Source: a virus (lineage: Duplodnaviria > Caudoviricetes). Taken from it: DNA of 35,834 nt. Under the pieces are notes generated by a model. That model was given only the letters and a program-made list of their open reading frames with translations. It was not told the origin of the DNA and ran no database searches. The translations under genes were made by a program, and so were the position numbers. The first letter of the stretch is position 1; every line of letters starts with the position of its first letter. The stretch is from IMG/VR virus record IMGVR_UViG_3300005934_000013, positions 1 to 35,834 of that record. The stretch is one strand, 5' to 3'. This document shows positions 26,893 to 35,834 of this stretch, piece after piece.

Positions 26893-29800
26893 TTAATCTT
26901 GCAGTGCTAATGAGAATGGTGTTACAAGTGAGAATAGCGATTTAGAGAATGTTCTACCTTCTAATGTACCAGACGCTTGTTTAATAACAAGACCACCACC
27001 AATTCTAAAGTCACCAAGTTCGTTACCTGAAGTAAAGAATACTCTACCTCCGGCTATTTCCGTAATTTCTTTATTTGGGTCAGGTACACCATCACCACCT
27101 TGGTTAGGAGGTAGTGCTTTATAAGTTACACCTGAACCAGCATATGAGAAATCATGCCCAGTTGTGATAATTAATGAACCAAACTCTTCAACAGGCGCTT
27201 GTCTAGCCACAAATTGGAATTGTGTTCTTAAATATCTATTTGTCTGAGCCGTTTCGTATTTTTGGTCAGTAATCACAACAGCCGCACTTCCATATACACC
27301 AGTGTAATATGATTCTGCTGCTCTAATACTTCTCTCATTACCTCCATAGATGATATCAGTTGCGATAGCATCTAAGATGAAACCAGTATCTCTATAACAT
27401 TTTTCTTCATTATAATCAAAGTTAGGGAATGCCGCATTTGTGTACGAAATTGCCTTACCTTGTAATTCTTTTTTAGCTGCTCTAAGTGCATTAGCTCCAT
27501 TTTTATTCAATAAGAATGGGAATACTAATTGAGTTTGTTTAATTACCTTCTCTGCCAATCCTTTAGAGAAATCAATACCATCAGTTGTTTGTGGTTTTTG
27601 CTCCGTTGTAGCGATTGAAGGAATGTAGTAGTAGAAAGTACCCGCTTGTACTGCTCTAGCGTTACCACCATAAGTTAAATCAGTTGCTACTGCATCTATG
27701 ATGTATCCTAAATCTCTACTACAACTAACTTCGTTGTATTCAAACTCACTCCAAGACGAACTTAGATAAGCTATTGTTTCTTTTTGTATAAATGTTGTGT
27801 TATCTCTTAATAACTGAACACCATTTCTAATTTCAGCCGATGGAGTTATGTATTCTAAGTTCTGAACTACATTTTGTGAAGTTCCATTTGCGAATCTGAT
27901 TCCATCGATTGTTGGGTCTAACTGATTAGCTTCTGATGGAGTACCACCTTGCGTTGCTCTTGAAGGATATCTCCAATAGTACAATCCAGCTACTCTACTT
28001 CTTTCATTACCACCATAAACTAAATCAGTTACAGCTGCATCTATAATGTATCCAGTATCTCTTCTACACTTATCTTCGTTGTAAGTTACATTACTCCAAG
28101 AAGATGAGATGAATTCGATAGTTTCATTTTGTACGAAACTTCTATTTCTTCTCAATAATTCAGCCGATGCAGATACTTCAGCAGATGCGGTAACAAATGT
28201 TGTGTTTTCCATTACCTTTTCAGCCAATCTTGCTGAGTAGTTAATTCCATCAATTGTTTGATTTAATTGCCCATTGATATTGTTTTGGAAATTAACAGTT
28301 GCGTTCGATGGATATAAGTAGTAGTACTCACCATTGATTCTACTTCTTTCATTACCACCATATAAGAAGTCAGTTGCTACACCATTTAAGATGTAACCAG
28401 TATCTCTCTTACATTTATCTTCGTTATAATCAAATGTACTCCAAGAAGAAGAAATATATGCGATTACTTCGTTTTGGATAAATTCTTTATTATCTAATAA
28501 TACTTTATTACCAGCCAATCTTTCAGCAGATGCCGTTACAAATATTTCGTTTTGTACTAATTTACTTGCTACATCACCAGCATACTTAATACCAGTTGTA
28601 GTTGGTTCTAATTGAGTTGATGTTGCTGATGAAGGATATTTGTAGTAGTATTCTCCAGCAATCTTACTTCTTTGGTTACCACCATAAAGAAGGTCGGTAG
28701 CAACAGCATCTAAGATATGTCCAACATCTCTTCTACAAGTTGCTTCTACATAATCAAATCCTTCCCAAGATGAACTTAGGTATGAAATTGATTCTGATTG
28801 GATAAATTCTCTGTTGTTTCTAATCAATTCAACTGATGCAGAAATCTGAGTTGATGGGAAATCAAAAGTTACACCTTTTACAATTTGTTCTGTCAATTGA
28901 TATGCGTAATTAATACCATCAATTGTTTGTTGTGCTTGAGATGAAGTTGCTTCAGATGGATATTCATAGTAGAACTTAGCGTTTACTACTGATGCCGATA
29001 CTACACCATATCTTAAATCTTCTGCTACACCATTTACAATTAAACCAGTATCTCTACTACAACTTGCTTCGTTGTAATCAAAACCTACCCACGATGATGA
29101 GATGTAAGCAATTACCTCATTTTGAATAAATGGTACACTCGCAGTAATCAATCCATATGCAGTTAATACATCGGAATCAGTTGATACCGAACCATAAACC
29201 GAAGCCGTTGGTGTTGAACCTGTTCCATTAGCGATTGCATCTGATACAATTGCGAATGAAGATGAAATTGTATTAAGAATAGTAACATCAGTTATACTAC
29301 TACCAGTTGCTGGTGAGAATGAAGTTACTTTAATTCCATTATCAGTATTCAAACTTCCAGTTTGAACAAATAGAGTTTCTTTGTTTACTAATTTTTGAAT
29401 TAAATCTTTAGTATAGATTAATGCATCAGTTGTTTCATCTAATTGGTTACCAGTTGCTTCAGATGGGAATCTATAATAGAATTCACCAGCAGTTAATGCT
29501 CTTTGGTTACCACCATATCTTAAATCAGTAGCAACAGCATCGATGATAAATCCAGTATCTCTACTACAACTTGCTTCATTGTATTCGAAGTTTGGATATT
29601 TAGCGTTTACAAATGCTACAGTTTCAGCTTGTAAGAATTCTCTATTTTCTCTGATTGCTTCGTAAACATATTCAACCTCTGCAGATGCAGTTTGGAATAC
29701 TTCTCCACTTACTATTTGAGTTACTATATTTTGTACATAATCAATAGCAGTTACAGTTGGGTCTTTTTGTCTAGCTTCATTTGGTACACCACCCGTAATA

Positions 29801-32800
29801 GCTGCTGATGGGAATCTATAATAGTAATCACCTGCATTTACACTTCTTTCGTTACCACCATAAAGAAGGTCAGTTGATACAGCATCTATAATATGAGTAA
29901 TATCTCTTTTACAAGTTATTTCATTGTAAGTAAACCCATCCCAAGAAGATGATAAGAATTCAATTGTTTCATTTTCAATAAATTCTCTATTATTTCTAAT
30001 CAATTCATAAGAACCACTAACTACCGCAGATGCAGTTTGGAATGTATATCCTCTTACGATACTTTCTGCTAATCTACCAGCGTAGTTAATACCATCTAAT
30101 GTTTGTTGTAATTGAACACCCTGTGCTTGTGATGGAATATCATAGTAGAATTTACCATTAAATATAGATGAAGAGTTTGCGTTATACAACATATCTTCTG
30201 CTGCTCCACTTATGATTGCTCCAATATCTCTACTACAACTTTGTTCATTATAAGAAGCAGTTGACCAAGAAGATGATAAGTATGCGATTGATTCACTTTG
30301 GATAAATCCTATATTTGCTTTTAGTAAGTTATAAGCTGCAATTGTTTTTGGTGATTCCGATGGAGAACCATATTCAACAACTGTTGGTAATGAACCAGTT
30401 CCATTTTCAACAATTGTAGTTACTATTGCGATTGATGATGAAATCAATCTTTGTTGTAATCTATCACCAAAAGATTCTGATGTAAATTGAACTGCATCAG
30501 TAACTTTAATTAAATTATCAACATCAGAGTTATTTTTTACAATTGTTGGTTTAACACCTAATCCATTTTGTACAATATCTTCAATAATACCAATCGATGA
30601 ACTTACTTTATTTATTTCAGTAGATGAACCACTAATTAAAGAAGTAAATTGATTTGTTGAAGTTACTTTAATGTTATTTTCTGCATTTGTTACCAATGTT
30701 GGTAAAGAACCAGTACCATTTTCGATGATATTGATAATTTGACCAAATGAAGAACTTACAATACCAAATTCAGTATCAGTTGTATAAGTACCACTAGCAG
30801 TTACATAAGAACCAGTAGTTAATTGTTGTGGAGTATCCAATGTATCATCAAACCATTTAGCTAATGCGAAAGGAATATCATCAGTTCCTAATCTAATAAT
30901 ATCATTAATAAATCCTACACTTCGAGTTACATATGCTGATTCAACACCACTACCACTTAAAGAAGAAGTAAATTGTGTTGTATCATTAATTTTAATTAAT
31001 CCTTCAATGTTTTCAGTTAATACAGGTAATGTACTTACTGAATCTCTATCAGTTCTAATAAATGTATGAGCTGATTGAGGTAAGTGTTTCAATGCTCCAT
31101 TTGATGCAGATACGAATGTATGAACTGATTGTGGTTCATGTTTAACTGCTCTATTAGATGCAGATACGAATGTATGTAAAGAACCAGAAGCACTTCCAGC
31201 ATCTCCTACATTGATTGTAAATGTACCATCTTGTCTTTCTAATCCATCAACCGATGCGGTTACAAATGTATGTGAACCTACATATGGTGATGAACCAATA
31301 TTAATATCAAATGTGTTTGTAGTTACATTTGAAATCTCCAACCATCTTCCACTTGGATAATCGTAATTAGGTCTTGGGTAAGATTTCTGAGTTACATTTC
31401 CATCCAATACACAAGTATAAGTTAAAGAGTTATCATCTAATTTGATGTAATCTCCATTTGAGAATCCGTGAGATGCGATTGTTATAGTAACATCACCAGT
31501 TGCCGAATCATAAGGTGCATCAGTTATAGTATGTGATGTTGTACCAACTGAAGTAATCACAATTGATTTTTCAGCATATGGGTCTGAACCACTTCTTGGA
31601 TAAGAGTGAGTTGTTGTATTACCATCTTGGTCACAAGTAAATGCAAATGATTCGTTTTCCAATACCACACTTCTACCAACACCCAATCCAAATGATTCAC
31701 TAACAGTTAATGTCATATCACCAGTTAATGCGTTGTAAGATGCAGATACAGGTGTAAAGTATTTATTCGGACCTGATGCTCCTACATTAAATGTCATTGT
31801 AGTATCAGTTACAGCAGTTAGAGGAATTGAACGTACTGAATATGGGTCTATACCTACTCTTGGATATGATTTAACTGATTGATTGTTATCCATATCACAA
31901 GTGAATGCAAATGATTCAGCTGTCATTACTACACCTTCACCAACACTTAAACTATGACTTTCCACAGTTACCACAAAATCACCAGTTGCTGGGTCATATG
32001 ATGCGGTTGTTGGGTTGTATTCTACATTTGGACCTGATTTACCAACATTTACAGTTATAGTATCTGATGTTGTTGATTTAATTGTTAATCTATTATCGTA
32101 AGCAGGTTGTCCAATTGATGGAAGTTTGTGTTCGGTTCTATTACCATCCATTTCACAAGTAAATGTGAATGATTCTGGCTTTAAGTAAATACTATCACCA
32201 CTATATAAATTATGTTTAGATATAGTCATTACAAAATCACCATTTGCAGGGTCATAAGTTGCAGTTGTTGGTGTGAATGATTCAATTCCAGTTCTAATAA
32301 TTCCAGTTACAGTATCATATGATTCACTTATTTCAGTTTGATATGAACCACTTAATGCGATAGATGAAGTTACTGAGTTATAAGATGTTACTTTAATATT
32401 TCCATCAGTATTTGAAACTAAAGATGGTGATAATAAAGTTTGTTGTGTAATTATATCTCTAACTATATTCTTAGCATATAAAATACCCTCAATAGTTTCT
32501 ACTTTTTGTACAGTAGTTGCTTCAGATGGGAATAAGTAATAGAATTCTCCACTCTTTATACTTCTTTGATTACCACCCCATAAGAAATCAGTTGCAACAC
32601 TATCTAAAATATGACCAACATCTCTTCTACACTTTTCTCTATTATATGTAAAGAATGGGAACATATAATCAATATATTCAGTTACTTCTTTTTGAATTAA
32701 ACTTCTATTATTTCTAATTGTGTTCCAAATACTTAATTTAGTTGATGAAGGTTGTACCAATACAACATTTTGAATAAGTTTTTGAACTAAGTTAGCTGCA

Positions 32801-35800
32801 TGTACTATACCATCGATGGTTTGTGTTTTTTGAACACTTGTTGCTTCTGATGGGTATAAGTAATAATATTCACCAGCGGTTACACTTCTTTCATTTCCTC
32901 CATATCTTAAATCAGTAGCAACAGCATCTAAAATGTGTCCAACATCTCTACTACATTTAGCCTCATCGTAATCGAATCCAACCCAAGAAGATGAGATGTA
33001 AGAAATTACTTCAGCTTGAACCAATTCTCTGTTTCTTTCAATTGTTTGATATAATCCTTCTCTTTCTACTGATGGATTTACTAATATAGTATTACTCATT
33101 ACCTTATCAGATAGTCTTTGAGCATGTACTATACCATCAACAGTTTGGTCTAATTGTGAACCTTGTGCTTGTGATGGATATTTGTAGTAGAAATCTCCAG
33201 CTATTATACTTCTTTCATTTCCACCATATAGTAAATCAGTAATAGCTGCATCAATAATGTATCCAGTATCTCTCTTACATTTTACATCATCGTAATCAGC
33301 TGCGTTCCAAGAAGATGAAACATATTCGATTACTTCATTTTGGATTAAATCTCTATTTTCTAATACTAAGTTATAAGCATTTACTTTATCTGAAGATAGT
33401 GGTGTAAATACTGCTCCACTTACTACCTTTTGTGCAACTTCACCAGCATATTCAATACCATCTAAAGTTGGGAATAGTTGAGAACCAGTTGCTTCTGATG
33501 GATATTTGTAATAGAATACACCAGCATTAATTGTTCTTTCGTTACCACCATAAACAATATCAGTAATTGATGCATCTAAGATATGTACGATATCTCTTTT
33601 ACAAGTTTCTTCTGGATAATCGAAATCACTCCAAGAAGCTGATAGGAATGCGATTCCTTCTTCTTTAATAAACTCTTTGTTATTGTTTATAATTGTTTGT
33701 GTATCTAATCTATCTTGCGATGGATTTGAGAATGTTACATTCGATGCCACTTTTTGTGCTACTCTACTTGCGTATCTAATTCCATCCAACGTTTGGTTCA
33801 ATTGTGAACCTTGTGCTTGTGATGGATACTCTAAGTAGAACTTACCATTGAATATAGATGCTGAGTAAACATTGTGAATTAAATCTTCAGCCGCTCCACT
33901 AACAATAGCAGCAACATCTCTCTTACATTTATCCTCATCATATGATGCAGTTGACCAAGAAGATGATAAGTAAGCGATTGTTTCTTCTTTTATGAAATCA
34001 ATATTTGATTTTAATAAGTTATAAGCTGCAACAGTTGATGATGCAGTTACCTCACTACCATATAATGATGATGTTTCATAAGAACCACTACCAAATTCTA
34101 TGATTCTTGTTACAATCTCAAATGATTCTGAAATAAACGATATATCTGCAGCTGATGCGGATATAGAAGATGTGGTAAACTGAGTTTCAGTTGTTACTGC
34201 GATTGCTTCTTCGGTATTATCAACTTGTGGAGGTATTACAGTTACGGAACCATCAATAGTTCTAACAAATGTGTGAACCGATTGTGGTAAGTGTTTTACT
34301 GCTCCAGCTGATGCTGATACAAATGTGTGAACCGATTGTGGTTCGTGTTTTACTGCATTTGTTGATGCTGATACAAAAGTATGAATTGAACCAGAAGCAC
34401 TACCAGCATCACCAACATTGATTGTAAATGTACCATCCTGTCTCTTTATACTATTTGATGTAGCAGATACGAATGTATGAGCTCCAGTGTAAGAAGATGA
34501 ACCAATATTAATATCAAATGTGTTAGTTGTTACATTTGAAATTTGTAACCATCTTCCAGATGGATAATCTATTCCAGTTCTTGGATAAGATTTCTGAGTT
34601 GTATTTCCATCTAAAATACAAGTATAAGTTAATGCACCATCATCAACTTTTACATAATCACCATTGGAGAATCCGTGAGATGCGATTGTTAATGTTACGA
34701 TACCAGTTGTTGGATTATATGGTGCATTCGTTGGAGTATGAGATGTACTTCCAACTGAAATAATTTCTATCGATTGTTCTGCATAAGGGTCAGAACCACT
34801 TCTTGGGTAAGAATGAACAGATGAATCACCATCTTGGTCACAAGTGAACGCAAAAGATTCATTTTCTAACACTACACTTCTACTTACACCCAATCCATGT
34901 TGACCTACTGTCAATACCATTTCTCCTGTCAATGCGTTATAGTTAACATCCGATGGAGTAAAGTATTTGTTCGGACCTGATTTACCAACATTTACAGTCA
35001 TTGTAGTACCAGTAACATCAGTTATCATCATTGAACGTCCAGCGTAAGGGTCTATACCCAATCGAGGGTAGGATTTAACCGATTGGTCATTATCCATATC
35101 ACAAGTGAACGCAAATGATTCAATATCTAATATAATTCCCTCACCAACACTTAAACTATGAGTACCAGTTGTGATTACAAAATCACCTGTTGCTGGGTCA
35201 TAAGTTGCATTAGTAGGATTAAAGTGTACATTAGGACCTGATTTACCAACGTTTACAGTTACAGTATTATCAGTTACCGATTTAATTCTTAATTTAGTAT
35301 TGTAAGCAGGTTGGCCAACTGAAGGTAATTTATGTTCAGTTTTATTATTATCCATCTCACAAGTAAATGTGAATGATTCCGGCTTTAAGTAAATACTATC
35401 TGCTTTTCTAAATTTGTGATTTGGAATAGTCATTACGAAATCACCATCTGCAGGGTCATAAGTTGCAGTTGTTGGAGTTGAACCAGTTCCAAATTCTATA
35501 ATATCCAATACAGTTTCAAACGAAGATGATAATTTAGATATAAGAGTTTCTGAACCACTTAGTGAAGAAGTGAATTGAGTTGCATCACTTCTTTTAACTA
35601 AACCTTCAATATTTTTAGTTAGAATTGGTAAAGTACTTACCGAATCTTCGCTTGTTCTAACAAATGTATGAGCTGATTGTGGTAAATGTTTGATAGCCCC
35701 AGCTGATGCCGATACAAATGTATGTACTGATTGAGGTTCATGCTTAATAGCGTTTGTTGATGCTGATACGAATGTGTGTAGTGAACCTGAAGCACTTCCA

Positions 35801-35834
35801 GCATCTCCCACATTAATTGTAAATGTACCAGTTT
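26893..35834 (-). CDS. Giant virion structural protein, 5'-truncated (>2979 aa), with CxRD helical repeats and nested beta-domain stalks
   Basis: The frame stays open to the window edge (TGTFTINVGDAG continues a repeat), so GTG 35811 is not the true start. The C-terminal GHDFSYAGSG...GDFRIG...FSLALQD block resembles conserved ends of giant myovirus structural proteins. Confidence 0.85.
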   Translation of the reverse strand, partial: TGTFTINVGDAGSASGSLHTFVSASTNAIKHEPQSVHTFVSASAGAIKHLPQSAHTFVRTSEDSVSTLPILTKNIEGLVKRSDATQFTSSLSGSETLISKLSSSFETVLDIIEFGTGSTPTTATYDPADGDFVMTIPNHKFRKADSIYLKPESFTFTCEMDNNKTEHKLPSVGQPAYNTKLRIKSVTDNTVTVNVGKSGPNVHFNPTNATYDPATGDFVITTGTHSLSVGEGIILDIESFAFTCDMDNDQSVKSYPRLGIDPYAGRSMMITDVTGTTMTVNVGKSGPNKYFTPSDVNYNALTGEMVLTVGQHGLGVSRSVVLENESFAFTCDQDGDSSVHSYPRSGSDPYAEQSIEIISVGSTSHTPTNAPYNPTTGIVTLTIASHGFSNGDYVKVDDGALTYTCILDGNTTQKSYPRTGIDYPSGRWLQISNVTTNTFDINIGSSSYTGAHTFVSATSNSIKRQDGTFTINVGDAGSASGSIHTFVSASTNAVKHEPQSVHTFVSASAGAVKHLPQSVHTFVRTIDGSVTVIPPQVDNTEEAIAVTTETQFTTSSISASAADISFISESFEIVTRIIEFGSGSYETSSLYGSEVTASSTVAAYNLLKSNIDFIKEETIAYLSSSWSTASYDEDKCKRDVAAIVSGAAEDLIHNVYSASIFNGKFYLEYPSQAQGSQLNQTLDGIRYASRVAQKVASNVTFSNPSQDRLDTQTIINNNKEFIKEEGIAFLSASWSDFDYPEETCKRDIVHILDASITDIVYGGNERTINAGVFYYKYPSEATGSQLFPTLDGIEYAGEVAQKVVSGAVFTPLSSDKVNAYNLVLENRDLIQNEVIEYVSSSWNAADYDDVKCKRDTGYIIDAAITDLLYGGNERSIIAGDFYYKYPSQAQGSQLDQTVDGIVHAQRLSDKVMSNTILVNPSVEREGLYQTIERNRELVQAEVISYISSSWVGFDYDEAKCSRDVGHILDAVATDLRYGGNERSVTAGEYYYLYPSEATSVQKTQTIDGIVHAANLVQKLIQNVVLVQPSSTKLSIWNTIRNNRSLIQKEVTEYIDYMFPFFTYNREKCRRDVGHILDSVATDFLWGGNQRSIKSGEFYYLFPSEATTVQKVETIEGILYAKNIVRDIITQQTLLSPSLVSNTDGNIKVTSYNSVTSSIALSGSYQTEISESYDTVTGIIRTGIESFTPTTATYDPANGDFVMTISKHNLYSGDSIYLKPESFTFTCEMDGNRTEHKLPSIGQPAYDNRLTIKSTTSDTITVNVGKSGPNVEYNPTTASYDPATGDFVVTVESHSLSVGEGVVMTAESFAFTCDMDNNQSVKSYPRVGIDPYSVRSIPLTAVTDTTMTFNVGASGPNKYFTPVSASYNALTGDMTLTVSESFGLGVGRSVVLENESFAFTCDQDGNTTTHSYPRSGSDPYAEKSIVITSVGTTSHTITDAPYDSATGDVTITIASHGFSNGDYIKLDDNSLTYTCVLDGNVTQKSYPRPNYDYPSGRWLEISNVTTNTFDINIGSSPYVGSHTFVTASVDGLERQDGTFTINVGDAGSASGSLHTFVSASNRAVKHEPQSVHTFVSASNGALKHLPQSAHTFIRTDRDSVSTLPVLTENIEGLIKINDTTQFTSSLSGSGVESAYVTRSVGFINDIIRLGTDDIPFALAKWFDDTLDTPQQLTTGSYVTASGTYTTDTEFGIVSSSFGQIINIIENGTGSLPTLVTNAENNIKVTSTNQFTSLISGSSTEINKVSSSIGIIEDIVQNGLGVKPTIVKNNSDVDNLIKVTDAVQFTSESFGDRLQQRLISSSIAIVTTIVENGTGSLPTVVEYGSPSESPKTIAAYNLLKANIGFIQSESIAYLSSSWSTASYNEQSCSRDIGAIISGAAEDMLYNANSSSIFNGKFYYDIPSQAQGVQLQQTLDGINYAGRLAESIVRGYTFQTASAVVSGSYELIRNNREFIENETIEFLSSSWDGFTYNEITCKRDITHIIDAVSTDLLYGGNERSVNAGDYYYRFPSAAITGGVPNEARQKDPTVTAIDYVQNIVTQIVSGEVFQTASAEVEYVYEAIRENREFLQAETVAFVNAKYPNFEYNEASCSRDTGFIIDAVATDLRYGGNQRALTAGEFYYRFPSEATGNQLDETTDALIYTKDLIQKLVNKETLFVQTGSLNTDNGIKVTSFSPATGSSITDVTILNTISSSFAIVSDAIANGTGSTPTASVYGSVSTDSDVLTAYGLITASVPFIQNEVIAYISSSWVGFDYNEASCSRDTGLIVNGVAEDLRYGVVSASVVNAKFYYEYPSEATSSQAQQTIDGINYAYQLTEQIVKGVTFDFPSTQISASVELIRNNREFIQSESISYLSSSWEGFDYVEATCRRDVGHILDAVATDLLYGGNQRSKIAGEYYYKYPSSATSTQLEPTTTGIKYAGDVASKLVQNEIFVTASAERLAGNKVLLDNKEFIQNEVIAYISSSWSTFDYNEDKCKRDTGYILNGVATDFLYGGNERSRINGEYYYLYPSNATVNFQNNINGQLNQTIDGINYSARLAEKVMENTTFVTASAEVSASAELLRRNRSFVQNETIEFISSSWSNVTYNEDKCRRDTGYIIDAAVTDLVYGGNERSRVAGLYYWRYPSRATQGGTPSEANQLDPTIDGIRFANGTSQNVVQNLEYITPSAEIRNGVQLLRDNTTFIQKETIAYLSSSWSEFEYNEVSCSRDLGYIIDAVATDLTYGGNARAVQAGTFYYYIPSIATTEQKPQTTDGIDFSKGLAEKVIKQTQLVFPFLLNKNGANALRAAKKELQGKAISYTNAAFPNFDYNEEKCYRDTGFILDAIATDIIYGGNERSIRAAESYYTGVYGSAAVVITDQKYETAQTNRYLRTQFQFVARQAPVEEFGSLIITTGHDFSYAGSGVTYKALPPNQGGDGVPDPNKEITEIAGGRVFFTSGNELGDFRIGGGLVIKQASGTLEGRTFSKSLFSLVTPFSLALQD
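27210..34035 (-). repeat. 14 helical repeats of 108/115 aa with invariant C-x-R-D
   Basis: Cys codons at 33925, 33601, 33277, 32953, 32629 | 30235, 29911, 29566 | 29059, 28735, 28411, 28066, 27721, 27397. Within-block spacing is exactly 324 nt or 345 nt. Confidence 0.95.
31051..32278 (-). repeat. ~410-aa four-domain beta-rich block, full copy 2
   Basis: Colinear with 34258-35481 (offset about 3204 nt): four (F/Y)TCxxD units followed by HTFV strands. Confidence 0.9.
34258..35481 (-). repeat. ~410-aa four-domain beta-rich block, full copy 1
   Basis: Same architecture as 31051-32278. The tail end of a further copy is at about 35650-35834 (offset 1395 nt). Confidence 0.9.

Noticed and set aside
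19581-34763. Plus-strand ORFs (e.g. 24923-25714, 25951-26268, 34527-34763)
   Set aside because: Antisense to repetitive Ser/Gly-rich coding sequence, with no supporting features.
35809-35811. GTG start for the 2972-aa ORF
   Set aside because: It lies mid-repeat and the frame is open to the window edge, so the gene is truncated.

Overview
The window is the tail/fibre morphogenesis region of a large, AT-rich contractile-tailed phage (myovirus). All supported genes lie on the minus strand in standard genetic code. In transcription order they are: a 5'-truncated giant protein (>2979 aa), a 288-aa adaptor-like protein, a 3551-aa fibre, an LRR adhesin-like protein, a tail-fibre assembly chaperone, two 110-aa proteins, a 3145-aa fibre with a C-terminal S74-type intramolecular chaperone, two small proteins, tail sheath, tail tube and an intrinsic terminator. 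A recurrent intergenic ATATTTAT(A/T) motif is a candidate late promoter. The most striking signal is that the giant structural proteins look built to carry cofactors. One has 14 tandem 108/115-aa helical repeats, each with an invariant C-x-R-D that aligns without gaps to the bilin-binding helix of phycobiliproteins. Another has three cupredoxin-like domains, two of which keep the His...Cys-x2-His-x2-Met blue-copper ligand set. The region also has nested 'Russian-doll' beta-domain stalks, about 1,470 residues of nearly proline-free Gly-X-Y (GTS/GSS) repeats, and a fibre built from variable cassettes joined by conserved linkers. Family assignments come from motif recognition only; no database searches were run.
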